A DNA stretch of 64,000 nt from Raja brachyura (Eukaryota): assembly GCA_963514005.1 (NCBI GenBank), contig OY740796.1, forward strand, positions 36,208,001 through 36,272,000. Reading direction: 5' to 3'. Shown piece after piece: positions 39,480-52,009 of the stretch; positions within the stretch are counted from its first letter, which is position 1; each line of letters starts with the position of its first letter. A program made the position numbers and the translations under genes. Under the pieces are notes generated by a model, which searched no databases, was not told the origin of the DNA, and saw nothing but the letters and a program-made list of their open reading frames with translations.

Positions 39480-41131
39480 CAGTGCCCTCCATATTGTTTG
39501 GGACAAAAACCCATCATTTATTTATTTGCCTCTGTACTCCACAATTTGTGATTTGTAATAGAAAAAAATCACATGTGGCTAAAGTGCACGTTGTCTGATT
39601 TGAATAAAGGCCATTTTTATACGTTTTGGTTTCACCTTGTAGAAATTACCGCAGTGTTTATACAGTCCCCCCATTTCAGGGCACCATAATGTTTGGGACA
39701 CATGGCTTCCCAGGCGTTTATAACTGCTTAGGTGTGTTTAATTGCCTCCTTCATGCAGGTATAAGAGTATCAGCACCAAGTCTTTCCTCCAGTCTTTCCA
39801 TCACCTTTGGAAATGTGTCTTGCTGTTTATCAGCATGAGGATCAAAGTTGTGCCAAAGTTGAGTCAAAGATGTCATTATAAGACTGAGAAACAAGAATAA
39901 AACTGTTACAGACATCAGCCAAACCTTAAGCTTATCGAAATCAACTGTTTGGAACACCATTAAGAAGAAAGAGAGCACTGGTAAGCTTACTAATGGCAAA
40001 GAGACTGGCAGGCCAAGGAAGACCTCCACAGCTGATGACAGAATTTTTTTCTCTATAATAAAGAAAAAAAACCAAACACCTGTCTGCCAGATCAGAAACA
40101 CTCTTCAGGAGTCAGGTGTGGATTTGTCAATGGCCACTGTCCGCAGAAGACTTCATGAACAGAAATACAGAGGCTACACTGCAAGATGCGAATCACTGGT
40201 AAGCCGCAAAAATAGGACGGCTGGGTTACAGTTTGCCGAGAAGTACTGCTTGGAATCAGTACAAAGAGCAACCTGAGTTCTAGAAAAAGGTCTTGTGGAC
40301 TGATGAGATGAAGATTAACTTATATCAGAGTGATGGCAAGAGCAAAGTATGGAGGAGAGAAGGAACTGCCCAAGATCCAAAGCATACCTCCTCATCTGTG
40401 AAACACGGTGGTGGGGGTGTTATGGCCTGGGCATGGATTGCTGCTGAAGGTACTGGCTCACTATCTTCATTGATGATACAACTGCTGATGGTAGTAGCAT
40501 AATGAATTCTGAAGTGTACAGACACATCCTATCTGTTCAAGTTCAAATAAATGCCTGAAAACTCATTGCTGTTCATTCTGCAGCAAGACAATGTTCTCAA
40601 AAACACTGCTAAAGCAACAAAGGAGTTTTTCAAATCTAAACAATGGATAATTCTTGAGTGGCCAAGTCAATCACCCGATCAGAACCCAACTGAGCATGCC
40701 TTTTATATGCTGAGGAGAAAACTGAAGGGGACGAGCCCCCCAAAACAAGCATAAGCTAAAGATGGCTGCAATACAGACATGGCAGAATATAATCAAAGAC
40801 ACCCATCAACTGGTGATGAACATGAATCACAGACTTCAAGCAGTCATTGCATGCAAAGAATATGCAACAAAATACTAAACATGACTGCTTTCATAACATG
40901 ACACTGCTGTGTCCCAAACAATATGGTGCCCTGAAATGGGGAGACTATGTATAAACACTGCTGTAATTTCTACAGGGTGAAACCAAAATGTATAAGCATG
41001 GCCTTTATTAAAATCTGACAATGTGCACTTGAACCACATGTGATTTTTCCTATTACAAATCTCAAATTGTGGAGCACAGAGGTAAATAAATAAATGATGG
41101 GCATTTGTCCCAAAGATTATGGAGGGCACTG
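39480..41131 (+). mobile_element. Full-length but inactivated Tc1 (DD34E, IR/DR type) transposon
   Basis: TA|CAGTGCCCTCCATA...TATGGAGGGCACTG|TA; TIRs of about 220 bp with inner direct repeats (39677-39700, 40910-40933); transposase remnants WTDEMKI, VKHGGGGVMAW, QQDN-34aa-E (WPSQSPDQNPTE) broken by frameshifts and stops. Confidence 0.96.
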
Positions 41132-42217
41132 TAGTTATACACCTCAGGTGCATATGAAAAGAAACTGATCTGTACTCCTAAGAGGGCATGGGCATGGTGG
41201 TCTTTGTTAACAAGGTTTGTTGAAGGTTCACTGCCTCATCTTACCAGTGATTCGCATCTTGCAGTGTAGCCTCTGTATTTCTGTTCATGAAGTCTTCTGC
41301 GGACAGTGGCCATTGACAAATCCACACCTGACTCCTGGAGAGTGTTTCTGATCTGTCAGACAGGTGTTTGGGTTTTTTTCAATTTGCAAGGTTCACTGCC
41401 TCATCTTCTGATCTGTCGCTCAGATTTCAAAGATAATTTTTTCGTACAGCTTCCAATTATTTAATGAGGCAAGAATTGAGGAAGCAGTTTCTTTTTTGGA
41501 TTGTTTGAGAATGGCTTTTGGCATAATTTCCATGATGGTGCATCACTCTCGCTGAAGGAAGCTGACAAGATCAACAAACCTGAAGTGTGGTCACTTAATT
41601 CAATACAGATGCCATGATTACAAACACTACAGCCATGCAATCTATGTGCCATATTTTATTGGAAGTAGACTTTGTAGTCTGTTCGTTCAAATTTTCCAAT
41701 ACACTTAAACAAAATATTAGTGGATTAAGCCACTGAAATCTACACCATCATAGCAAATCTTCTTCACAGTTGTTACCATAACAACATTTGAAAGACATTT
41801 GGACAGGTACATGGATAGGAAAGGTTTAGAAGGATATGGGCCAAAACACAGGCAGGTGGGACTGGTGTAGATGGGGCATCTTGGTCGGCATGGGCATGTT
41901 GAGCTGAAGGGCCTGTTTCCATGCTGTCTGGCTTTGACTCTCTAATCATATTTTTAGAGGAAGATGCCCATGGTGAAAAATTTGCATTACGCCATTGATC
42001 GCTTCAAAAAAAACCTGTGAAGCATATGGCTATAAATCACTGTTCCAACAAATGTTCCTATTAATGATTATTCATTAGAATTATAATAGAATCTCAGATT
42101 CTCATCATGTTTAAGCAATTTGGTGCACGTCTTTTCATCCTCAGTACGTCATCTTCAGCATAATTATTTGTCATTTTCCCATATTCACTGCATAAGGGTT
42201 AATCTAAGAACAGAGTT

Positions 42218-42445
42218 ATTTAAGAAGGAACAGATGTTGGAAAAATCAAAAGTAGACAAAAAATGCTGGAGAAACTAAGCGGGTGAGGCAGCAACTATGG
42301 AGAAAAGGAGTAGGCAACATTTCGGGTCGAGACCCTTTTTCAGACTTATGTCGGTGGGGAGGGGGGGGGTGGGGGAGGAAAGAAAGGAAGAGGCGGAGAC
42401 AGTAGGCTATGTGGGAGAGCTGGGGAGGGGAAGGAGGGAGAAAAG
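42218..42445 (-). mobile_element. Penelope-like pLTR fragment
   Basis: taagaaggaacagatgttggaaaaatc...ttcgggtcgagacccttttcagact followed by a purine-rich tract. Confidence 0.75.
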
Positions 42446-43244
42446 TGTTTGTGAATTTTATTTTGGAAGTACTACATTAACATTCATGAAGGAGCCGAAC
42501 CCGAGCAGAAGATTTTCGAGAACAGAGGGTTTACAAGCAAGGGGTTCCAAAGTAAACTGACTCATTACTGCACAAAAGTTGCAATGCTCTCATATGGGAA
42601 AAGGCTAAAAATTACCATACTTGTATGGATTAAGAGTTGTAGATATTCTTACACATGTGGAAAACAGTGTCAAAGAATCCAAACAGCCTCTCACAATGCT
42701 CTAGTTGTGAGATTTATTTCTGTGTAATGCGGGTAAGGGGTTGTGAATGTAAGTAGTGTGAATCACGGCATGATTAGGCACAGTAACTGTCAATTAGGTA
42801 GGGGTTCACATATTTCATGCTGATATTCCCTGAGATTTGATCAGACAGAGGAAGTCATGAGGAGGTAGTGATTAAGACTGTAATAAATAAGAGCTGTTGC
42901 TCATTTAACCCTCAGGCCTGCTTTGCCATGACAAGATCATTTTCCTGACCCATCCACACATAGTTGCTTCCATTAATATCCAGATTACAATCAACCTCTG
43001 CTTTGAATGCAGTGATTGAGCCTCCTCCACCAGGAAAGAGAACTTCAGAGATTCATCATTCACTGAAATACATTTATCCTCTTTTCCATTTTAAACGGCC
43101 CACCTTTTACCCTGACACTGTGATTTCAAGCTATAAATTTCTTGCCCAGGGGGAATCACTCTCTTCATATATACCCTGATGGACTCTCTCAGATTTTTGT
43201 ATGTTCACGTTTGTCACTGTGGTACAACTAGAATTACAGAACAA

Positions 43245-44200
43245 AGATACAAGAGACTGAAGATGCTGGAATCTAGAGCAAAAATCAAATTGCTGGAGGG
43301 TCAGGCAGCATCTGCGGAGGGAAATGGAGGGACAATGTTTTGAGAAATCTTTCTTCTATAGTGGATTAGAAGGCACATAGCTGGTAGAAAGAGTTGAGGG
43401 GAAGCGGTGGGGCAAGACCTGGCAAGTGTTGGGTGGATCCAAGTGAGTAGGAGTTGATTGGCAGATGGGTCGGATGGAGGGGTTAAATAAATGTGGTCCC
43501 TGAATGGAAGTGAAGGAAGAGATGCGGGGATAAGTTTAGTATTTCCTGTGCTTGAAGGGTATAGTGCCTGGGGAGGGGGATGGTAGATCAAACCTGAGAC
43601 GTGAACAGTTCCTTCCAGCAAGGGAATGGTTTACGTGCTTCTTCAATCTTGTCTACTGCATTTGGTGCTCTCGTGTGTCCTTCTCTACATTCATACGACT
43701 AAGCGTGGAATAAGTAATTGTTTGCCTAATATTTGAGCTCTGTCTGCCGGGTCAGCTGGAGCTCCCCTTTGCAAGCCACTTCAATTCCCTTTCCCCTTCT
43801 CGTACTGACCGTGCAGTCTTCAGGCTCCTCTATTGCCCAGAGTGAGCCACACATAATCAGGAGGTACAGCAACTCATATTTTACTTGGGTAACCTATAAC
43901 CCAACAGCATGATCACTGAATTTGCCAGTTTCAAGGAAGTCCCCCCCCCCCCCCCCCCACCCCTCCTTCTAATAGACTTAGCATCCTTCACACACACCAT
44001 TTAACCATTTTGTTCCACTCCCCCAGCCCTCTCATCACCCAGTTCCTTTATTCTACCAAATCCTCATTCAGTTCATCACTCACCCATAGCACTCTGGATC
44101 CCTCCTTTATTTTCCCACCCCCCCCCCCCCCCCCCTCACCCCCACGCTGTTCCAACTTCCCTTTCTTCTGAATCTATATTCCACTCCTCACCTTCCTCTT
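43245..44200. mobile_element. Old Penelope-like element: inverted pLTR (minus) joined to a GIY-YIG remnant (plus, about 43610-43935)
   Basis: aatcttgtctactgcatttggtgctctcgtgtgtccttctctacatt (LVYCIWCSR..LYI) and an EVQQLIFYLG-like motif. Confidence 0.6.
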
Positions 44201-45384
44201 TTATTTAGTTCAGGGACATTTCTTACAAAGGAAAGTAACATTTAAACAGAATGAAACTTTCCATTGTGCAATATCTATCCAAGCTTCTCCAGCATGGTAT
44301 TCAACAATGCATCAAGCAAGTAAAAAACTAACTGCAATTCCTTAAAATCCTTCTTGCCCACCTTTCAACAGTATATAGGATTTTAGCTTAATATGCACAG
44401 CTACTACCCAAGAAATTCTACTTGCTGTGCTGACAGCCAGCTAAAATCAATCTCAGATACAATTGTGATTACTCTGACTCAACTGTGTACCATTTGTCGC
44501 CGAGGAAATTAGACTCAACAGCAGATTGCTGAAGCCTCTGCCATTGTGTGTAAAACTGCCTTGTCAGGGCAGTGGGAGCACTGATAATACTTAGTTTTTA
44601 CAAATTAGTCATGTCAGATTCACATTGCAAAACTGCAGCACGTCCGCATTATATATACATCAATTATAACGTATCAATCTATTTCCAGGTTAACAATTAG
44701 GGAGGCAGTACAGATGTTGATCGATGTCAATTTGGAGCAGCCACTATGCAATGCAAAGTAAAACAATGTTGTTGAAAGTACAGGCTTATTTTTTGGAGAT
44801 GCTGCTATCTGTTACTGCTGATATAATATAAATTATAACTCAGAAAGTCCAATTAAACACACTGGACTAGCAGTCCATTGGCAGGGAAGACATGCTCTAT
44901 GGTCATTGTGCAGTGTGCCATTGATCATGTCTATGGCAGCAAAATTACGTAGCCTCCAAGGGCCAAGGCACCCGTGCTGCTCATTGTCCTGTACATGAAT
45001 TAAGTCTGTGGCTAAAGCTGAAGGGACTAAGGGGGCTTCATTCAGGGATCTGACAATGGAATTGATGGATTGAGTGGGTGGACCTGAAGGAGGAGGTAAT
45101 GGATGTAATACGCTGCCCCAGCATCATTAAAACATGATGGGCCAAGACAAGAGCATTCAATGAGGGGTTCACCTCAGAACAACATGACTTAATTTCCTCT
45201 TCAAGGAGTGTTGCACAGGGACCGATACTTTTCCTTGGATTCCTGAGAAACGGCCTGATCAAATTTCCAGATTTGTGTGATTTGACCTGGACACCATCAC
45301 AATTCCTTTTACTCCAAAAGTAACCGATCTTCTTACGTGCTGTTCTGAGAGTGCCACATATTTGTCGCAAAATATTGTTATCAT
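44200..45384 (-). other. Candidate terminal (3' UTR or alternative coding) exon of BSN; 3' boundary unknown
   Basis: Acceptor-like cccgctttttgtacattatacag|ATGAT at 45385/45384, followed by about 1.2 kb with no recognisable repeat. A downstream exon is implied by the donor after the BSN stop exon. Confidence 0.3.
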
Positions 45385-45449
45385 CTGTATAATGTACAAA
45401 AAGCGGGCTATATGTTTTGTATCTCATTTATCTTTTAGGTGTATATTTT

Positions 45450-46022
45450 AGAACATAGAACAGTACAACACAGCAACAGGCCCTACGTACACCCCACAAT
45501 GAATGTGCTGAACATAATGCCGAGCTGAACTGATTTCATCTGTCTGCAAGTTGTCCATATCCTTTAATTCCCTGCAAATGCACGTGCCTATCTAAAAGTT
45601 TCTTAAATGTCACTATTGTATCTACCTCCATTATTACACCTGGCAATGCGTTCCAGGCCCCCACCAAGTTTGTAAAAAACTTCCCCGTACATCTCCATTA
45701 TAGTTTCCTCCTCTCACCATATAGCTAAGTCCTCTAGTGTTGAACATTTCCACCCTAGGGTAAAGGTTCTGACTGTCTATCCTATCAACACGTCTCATAA
45801 TTTTATGTACCTCAATCAAGTCTCCCCTCAACCTTCGACCAGAGGAAACAATCCAAGTCTATCCAACTTCTCCCTGAAACTGAAACTCTCTAATCCAGGC
45901 AGCATTCTGGAAAACCTTCTCTGCACCCTCTCTAAAGCTTTCACATCTTTCCTGTAATATGGTGACCAGAACTGCTTGCAATACTCTAGATGCTGCCTAA
46001 CCAAATTACTATAGAGCTGCAT
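45450..46022 (-). mobile_element. CR1 LINE 3' fragment
   Basis: ORFs 45828-46022 and 45634-45831: LVRQHLEYCKQFWSP, RGDLIEV. Confidence 0.88.
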
Positions 46023-48859
46023 GTTTTTCGGACTAATGATCAGATTATATATTCAAATTGTGTCCTATCTAATACACATGCCAACATCAGCGACTACTTC
46101 CATTTATATAGAACTCACTGCATGCAGTCACATGATGTGAATAGTCAAGGATACAGTCAGTGGCTATCTCAAATAATGATTATTATGATTGTATGTTCTT
46201 ATTGGTTAAAATACTGTTGATAATGGTATTTTAACATAATTAAGGTTAATTAATCAAATCACCCTCATTTTGGCAGATACAAGTTGGTCTTGGCATCTTG
46301 TTCGGCACAAACACTGCGAGCCGAAGGGCCTATTCTGTGTTCTAGGAATCACATTCACTAAATTATAATTTATAGCACCCTTGTTCTTAAGTTTGAAATG
46401 TTTTTAATTTGTTTGAATATGTTTTTAAGTAGAATGAACAAATATTAAATAGTCTTATCAACACTTTAAAAGCTGCCAATTTCTTTGTTTATGGTCCACT
46501 GATCTACCAAAATAGGAGGCAAAAATCCATGGAAATTGCTATCTTCTGCTTTCCTCACAGAATGTAAGGTTCATTTATAGCACTGAAAGTGATTAAATCT
46601 TTCTGATGGAAAGACCTCTTTGGTCGATGTTGCTGGCAGAGAATGTATTTCAAAGTAAGTAATGAAGTTGTGACTTCTGAGAGCCCTGATAAGAGAGTTT
46701 GGACTTGTTTGATTATAATGTTATAAAAAAATAGTTAATTAAGTTGAACGGTCTAAAATTTCTGGCACAACTTCATTTTCAAAGGCTCATTATTTTGCAA
46801 TGCAGTTAATATATGTATGACATTATGCATGCCTTGTCATGCATATATTAAATGCGTGTGTAAGACACAAATGAATAATCACTGCTCACATCTACTCCTA
46901 GCTATATGAAACAGCAATATGATAAAAACTTGGAAGAGACTAATGATTTGCAGTTTACGACTTAATAACGCAAATCTTCAGACATGAGATGTACTATTTT
47001 CATTAACTATTACTATAGGTTCATATGTGATTCTGTTGCAAATTGTATTCACAAAGCATTGCAACCTTCATATTGTGATGTTAAGAAATGTTTCATTTCA
47101 TTTACTGGTGATTAGTAATGCAAATTCTTATACATACAGCATTAAGAATCAGAAGTCGCACCTGAATTTTTCTTTTGAAGTCCATAAATTTAAATCTTCC
47201 AGGTCTTTGAGTATTTAATAAATACACAATAACTTATTGATAAATACTAACAATTGTCCCCTTAGTAATTTTGCTGACCCTATGCACATAATTGCTTACT
47301 CATGAAACAGACAGTTCCATCAGAAATGGGAAAAAAAAAATTTTTTATGCAATTCCAGTTACTCACCAGTATACACAGAGTCCCATGTTCTTAAGTTTCT
47401 TATTGAATGTATTCTGATTCTTCATAGGTTTTTCCAGTATGTTACACCTTTCTCCAATCCCACACTATCTTTCCTATAACCAATAAGAAGGCACTCAAAG
47501 ATTGAACAACAATTAAAAAAATTACAATCAAATCATACAAGACTATTGATCTTTAGAGCAATAAAACAATTAACATTAAAATAATACTGTATTTTCACAG
47601 GATGTAGATAACCAGGGTGGTTCGGAGGGAGAGATAGATCAGCCATGATTGAATGGTGGAGTAGACTTGATGGGCCAAATGGCCTACTTCTGCTCCTATC
47701 ACATGAACTTATGAACCAGACATATCAAACAAAAAATCAAGCCAATAGTTTTGATCATCTAGCATGGCATTTTCTTCTTTCTTTATGTTATGTTATCTTT
47801 GAGATTAAAAATCAAGTGCATTTGTGAACTGAATTTAGACATCAGGTGAAAACTATATTCTACTACCCTTTATATGGTTTGGCACATGTTAGTACAAGTT
47901 GCTTTGATTCACAAAAGAATTGTAACTACTGTAAATCCAACAATTTATTTCCAAAAGATTTTAAGGCATTCCATGACCTAAACTATGGACCTCAAAAATG
48001 TTCTATGAACTTGTAAAGGCGAAGCCTGTAGGAGAATATTTCACCTAATATACCAAAAATACCCTTATGAGCTTAAAATGTTCAATGCAGTGTGGTAATC
48101 CAGCCTTTATTATGAGCCATTACTGCTGAAGAATAAATGCATGGACAGATATGCCAACTTAAATATTCGTCATGGATGACTGCCAAAATGGGCAAATAAT
48201 ATCACTTTCGGCAGCTGTTGGTTTCAGCTTCAACTGCAGCAGAAAAATCTAGTGAACTCTACTGAGTTTTACACTACGGGACTAAGGTTAAAGACAACTG
48301 GTAACCTTCATGTGTGCTACAGGCAACAATCATTACAACTCTGTGAAACCTATGCCTTAAGTGGGAAATATCATTGTCTGGGAAGTAATTCCCACCCCTC
48401 CAACCCCCACCTTGTTCACGTCCTCTCTGGCAAAGCGACCATAATTGTGTGAAGAGTAATTTCACTTTAAAAACAATCAGTCCATTAGAACCTTCAGCAT
48501 CTGCATTTAAGGTATTTCACATTTTCATTATAGTTACATCAAGTGAAACCAAAACAGGTGAATATCATGGGGAAGGAAATTCAGACAGTCATGGAATCAT
48601 ACAGCATGGAAACAAGCCCTTATGCCCAACTCGTACATACCAACAAAGATGCCCCATCTAAACTAGTCCCATTGGCCTGTATTTCGTCTATATCCCCCTA
48701 AACCTTTCCTATCCATGTACCTGCCGAAGTGTCTTTTAAATGCTATTATTGTATCTGTCTTAACTACATCCTCCGGCAGCTTGGTCCTAGCATTATTAAG
48801 AGTGGGAGAAATTAAAGATGCTGCTGCCCCAACGATCAAATTACCTAGGTTAAATCATG

Positions 48860-49085
48860 GCCCCCGGTAGTGGCAGTGTGTAGTTTCAGTGATTTCCCCA
48901 AGACTGCAGATTCCCCAGGGTCTTCCAGTTTCTTTCCCAAAGACGTGTTGGACTTGAGGTTAATTGACCACTGTGTCCTTTGATATTAGGTATCGGGATG
49001 GAATTGATCGGAATGCGAGAGAAAATATATAGTAAAATGAGTGATATGAGTTTCGCTGGGAATTAGCCTAGACTCATTGCGTGAA
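48860..49085 (+). mobile_element. Decayed V-SINE
   Basis: gtgtgtagtttc...ttccccagggtcttccagtttctttcccaaagacgtg...ggttaattg V-domain-like block. Confidence 0.5.
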
Positions 49086-50191
49086 AAGCTCCACTAGCTG
49101 TGAGAAATTTGTAAACGATTTTAATACAACTAAAGACATAGTGATTGCATCAAAGCACATCCAGCACGGTTGAGGAAACACATTTTCAGTACGAACTCAA
49201 GAACATTCCAGAATAAAATAGTTATCTTGATTTTATATATTTTCAAAAAAATTATATATTCATTTATGTTAGTGACTCTTTAACAACTTAATGGGTTGTA
49301 ACTAAAGATCTGCAAATCATGGCACTTGTTAGGAAGATATTGACGACCTATTCAACACATCTAACGTTAGTTTATAGCACTATGATCTTACCAGAGTAAT
49401 TATCCATAATTAACTCTCCTCCCAGCTTATCCCATGCATTCTTATACAAAAATCAAGGTTTAATTTGGAAGAATTAATACTTCATTTTGTATCAGTACAT
49501 TGCTCTTACATCCCTTCACAATTGTGAAGTCTATCATTTTGCCTCAAGAACTAAAATTATATCCAAAGCAAAGCTTGACAAGATCGCATTTTGCTGCTCA
49601 TTGATGGCTGCAGATGTGATCCCTCAGATGTGATACCTGGCAATGCACTCACTCAGATTGCTTAATTATTGGCCTGAAATGATTTGACATCTTCAGTACA
49701 GAAACTGTTTTAATTCTCAGAAAACTTTTAATCATTTTCCCATCTCGTGCAAGCCATGATTTGTGTTTTTTAATGTTTAAATTAATTTAAACATCTCCCA
49801 TAATTCAACCCACTTTCAAATATCATCTAACAGACTATGTCCTTAGTTTTAAATGAACTTGTCTGTCTTTGCCTTCATCTCATGCAATGGAATCCATAAT
49901 CCTAATTATTTCCTGAATCCAGATCACTCATGTAAATCAGATACATGAGTGGTACTGGAAGACTACTTATGTGTCATATTGTGTAGGAATCATTGCATTT
50001 AGGGAATCGTGGAGAAAGGGAAATCAAATAAATAACATGAGTCTTATACAATTATAATACGTGCTCTTGAAAATGACAGGCTGAAATTAATTTTAAACCT
50101 TACACACAAATATCTGCTTTGGAACATAACTTTCTCTGAGCCATTCGCCCACATATGAAAGACACTTTACACATACCTTAGAGCAGTGTGA

Positions 50192-50232
50192 TCACCAAAA
50201 TGATGTTAATTTACGGCCAAAAGAAGCGATGC
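50192..50232 (-). CDS. BSN: Bassoon, stop-containing exon (G-IASFGRKLTSFW*); exon continues non-coding to 50177
   Basis: Acceptor ttttccatctctgtatag|GC; phase 1 fits the previous exon; peptide matches human AVSAFGKKFSSFW*; TGA at 50192-50194; donor TAAG|gtatgt 15 nt after the stop. Confidence 0.92.
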
Positions 50233-51750
50233 CTATACAGAGATGGAAAACAAATTCTTCAGTATTCAACTCATTCAACCATAACCTGAACTGGATAATA
50301 AACAGTAGGTATAAAGTTGGATGAAATCGAACGTAATAATAATTAAACATTAAGCATTATGATTAACAATTAATAAATGAAGCAATGTACTTATGATTTG
50401 AAAAATGCTGGAATTTACAGCTGAGCCGAAACCAAAAAAAAGTCTCCAACATTTCAGCATCACAGATATATACATATTTTTATAATCAGGCATATATTCA
50501 TATATAAAGGAACTGAATTATGCAAAAGCTGCAAGTCAAATGAAATTTCAAATTCATTAATCAATAATGAAGATCCTTGCACCTCCTTGAGATTATTCAG
50601 TCTGATCTACATTATGAATGCTCTTCATTGAAATCTGGATTTTGTTGAAGCAAATGCTACAATTACCACAATAATTATCAATCAATCAAAGGCAGAGGTA
50701 GATAGATTCTTGGTTAGTACAGGTGTCAGGGATTATGGGGAGAAGGCAGGAGAATGGGGTTAGGAGAGAGAGATAGATCAGCCATGACTGAGTGACAGAG
50801 TAGACTTGATGGGCCGAATGGCCTAATTCTGCTCCATCACTTATGACCATGACCAAACAGTGCAGTGAAAAATTTGGCATAATTCCACGATTGTCATCAA
50901 TTTAAAAAATAAAGCTTCTTTAGCCCTTAAAGCCCAAGTTGATCATAATTTGTTTCTGGAATTCTTTTGTAAGGAAGTGACAACATTGCATTCAGACAGG
51001 GTCAACATAATATTCATAATTTTCTGAGAATGAAAGGAACATAATGTCTAAATAATGTATGTGAGATATATTTCAGGATGTAACCAGCGGGATAGATAAA
51101 ATGGAATTAGTGAAAGTAATGTTTACACATTTTCAAAGCAAAATCAATAACGGTAAGAATTGGGAGTCAAGAGTTGCCTTCTGAGGGATCCACTCAGGGA
51201 AGAGCAGTATAGACACAAATAATGGATAGATCTACTGGATTTTTATTTCACTGACTTCAGCTATCAAAAAAAATTAAGGCTATATATTTATTCACTGGTG
51301 TAACTAGGTAAGATAAAGCAGGTGGTTCCCTCTCATTGATGTTAGGAGCTCACACAATGAACTGCATGTTTTCTAACACAGGTGTGATCAGGAGGCGGAG
51401 CCACTATAATTTTACCCTGCAAGTAATTACTCAGCCTGCCGTGCCGGGCAATGGGTCTTAATGCCAAAAACAAAACTATATGAATCCTCAGTATTAAGAC
51501 TCTTAACTTACTAAACAATGTAATGTTAAAGGTATATGTATAAATAGCCAAGCCAATAAAGAAATGCCTTGCTGAGTTCTTAGTATAAGATAAGTTATTG
51601 TACATTATACATATAGCTTGAAAGAAGGGAAAATTATGAATACAGGTGTGATATTACTTGGGACTTGTGGAAAGTAATTGGATATGTTGATATGTGACAT
51701 GGGTGAACTACTGGAGTGTCTGACCCATTCTTACACACATGAGTTTTTAC

Positions 51751-51849
51751 CTTCAGTCAGCTTCCCAGCCTGCTCAGCAGCTCCTCCTGGCAACATCTTG
51801 GTAACAAAAGCTCCAATATCACCCTCTTTTTCTTCACCTGCTTTTGAAC
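51751..51849 (-). CDS. BSN: Bassoon, penultimate coding exon (G-SKAGEEKEGDIGAFVTKMLPGGAAEQAGKLTE-G)
   Basis: Acceptor ttttttctttggcaccag|GT, donor GAAG|gtaaaa; 99 nt, phase 1 to phase 1. LPGGAAEQAGKLTE matches the remembered human Bassoon C-terminus (SKILPGGAAEQAGKLTE). Confidence 0.93.
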
Positions 51850-52009
51850 CTGGTGCCAAAGAAAAAAGATTATGCAATGTTAATCTTTGGATATAAAATT
51901 CTGAAATTATAGAAAAGTATAAAGGTGACGCAATCATCATAGAAGTTAAAGGTAAATTCTACAAAGTGTTTTAAAATGGCACAAGGGACATTCTAATATC
52001 GATAAATAT

